Of a stretch of 64,000 nt of DNA, positions 62,820 through 64,000 are shown in pieces. This DNA is from the human T2T-CHM13v2.0 reference genome, Homo sapiens. The DNA is taken from the NCBI RefSeq assembly GCF_009914755.1, contig NC_060948.1. One strand, given 5' to 3'. Made by a program: the position numbers and the translations under genes. Numbering within the stretch: the stretch's first letter is position 1; each line of letters opens with the position of its first letter. The notes below the pieces were generated by a model. It searched no databases. It was not told where the DNA came from and was given only the letters and a program-made list of their open reading frames with translations.

Positions 62820-64000
62820 ACATTACGTATATAATAATATACAGTATCATATATATAATATATATAACCTATGTATAATATTGTTTTACATCCTGCATCT
62901 TATGTTATATATATTGTATAAAATATAATAATTGATAATATATAAGTTTTATAATTATACAATATGACATATAGTATATATTATAATTTAAGACATATAT
63001 AATATATGTTATATATCATATATAGAATATATTATACGGTTAATATACGTATTAAATATAAATTATACATTATATATATTATATATAATATATCTGTTAT
63101 ATATAATACCCATTATGCATAATATATATATTATGTCTATGTTATATATAGTATAAAACAACATATAATAATATATAATTGTATATATAAAATGCGACAT
63201 ATAATATATATTATATTTTATAACATATGTAATATATATTATATATTATATATAATACGTTGTATGTATAATACCTATATTAAATACATATTATATGACT
63301 ATGTTATTAATTACATGTCACATGTGTTATATATTATATATTTTACATAGAATATACCGGTTACATAGAATATATACTATGTTACCTATAATGTATAATT
63401 TATTACATGTAAAATAAAGAATGCAATATATTATGTAAAATTTATAATATACCATATGTGGAATGTGATATATATAACATATAATATATGATATGTGATA
63501 TACAGTATATGATATATAACATACAATATATGATTCCTAATATATATGGTATACAATATATATTTTATGATATGTATTCTATATGTTTTATATTCTGTTA
63601 TATATAACTATTTGAAATTATATATAACTGTATAATATTTTATGTAAATATGTAATATAATATATATAACTATATAATATATTATATATAACTATATATT
63701 ATGTTATATATACTTTTATAACATAATTTACATAAAATATCATAATATAATATATATTATATTATTTCATATTACATAATATATATTACATATCACCCAA
63801 TATAACTAACATACATAATATTATAATATAGATTATATTATGTTATATTAAATATCATATATATCATGTATCATATATTCTATAATATATATTACACATT
63901 ATATAATATGTATGTTGTCTATTATGTGATATATGTAACTATATATATAATTATATTTTTATACATATAACTAGATAAACATGTAATTCTACATATTTTC
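62820..64000. repeat. Partial AT-rich component of unit 27, cut by the window end
   Basis: Matches the first ~1.18 kb of the AT-rich block, with the variants of unit 25. Confidence 0.88.

Overview
The whole window is a head-to-tail tandem array of about 26.5 copies of a ~2.42 kb composite satellite monomer. Spacing between equivalent ORF-track anchors is 2404-2422 bp. On the + strand each monomer reads: ~1.55 kb of extremely AT-rich degenerate (TA)n-like sequence, then a slightly 5'-truncated, decayed Alu on the minus strand (276 or 292 bp), then a ~580 bp segment of ordinary composition (probably Repbase HSATI). This organisation, the unit length and the predicted ~2.1 kb HaeIII fragment match the known human DYZ2/HSat1B satellite. 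The most likely source is Yq12 heterochromatin; acrocentric HSat1B cannot be excluded from sequence alone. There are no credible protein-coding or RNA genes, and the ORFs in the track are by-products of the repeat. I found no evidence of a previously undescribed biological system. What is worth reporting is the array's internal history, read by eye from shared variants: a left-end sub-lineage lacking a 16 bp Alu-internal duplication, a recent 4-5 copy amplification, several adjacent-pair duplications, a 4838 bp dimer duplication and chimeric units with mappable breakpoints. Units are numbered by Alu order (unit 1 Alu at 1528, unit 26 Alu at 61951).
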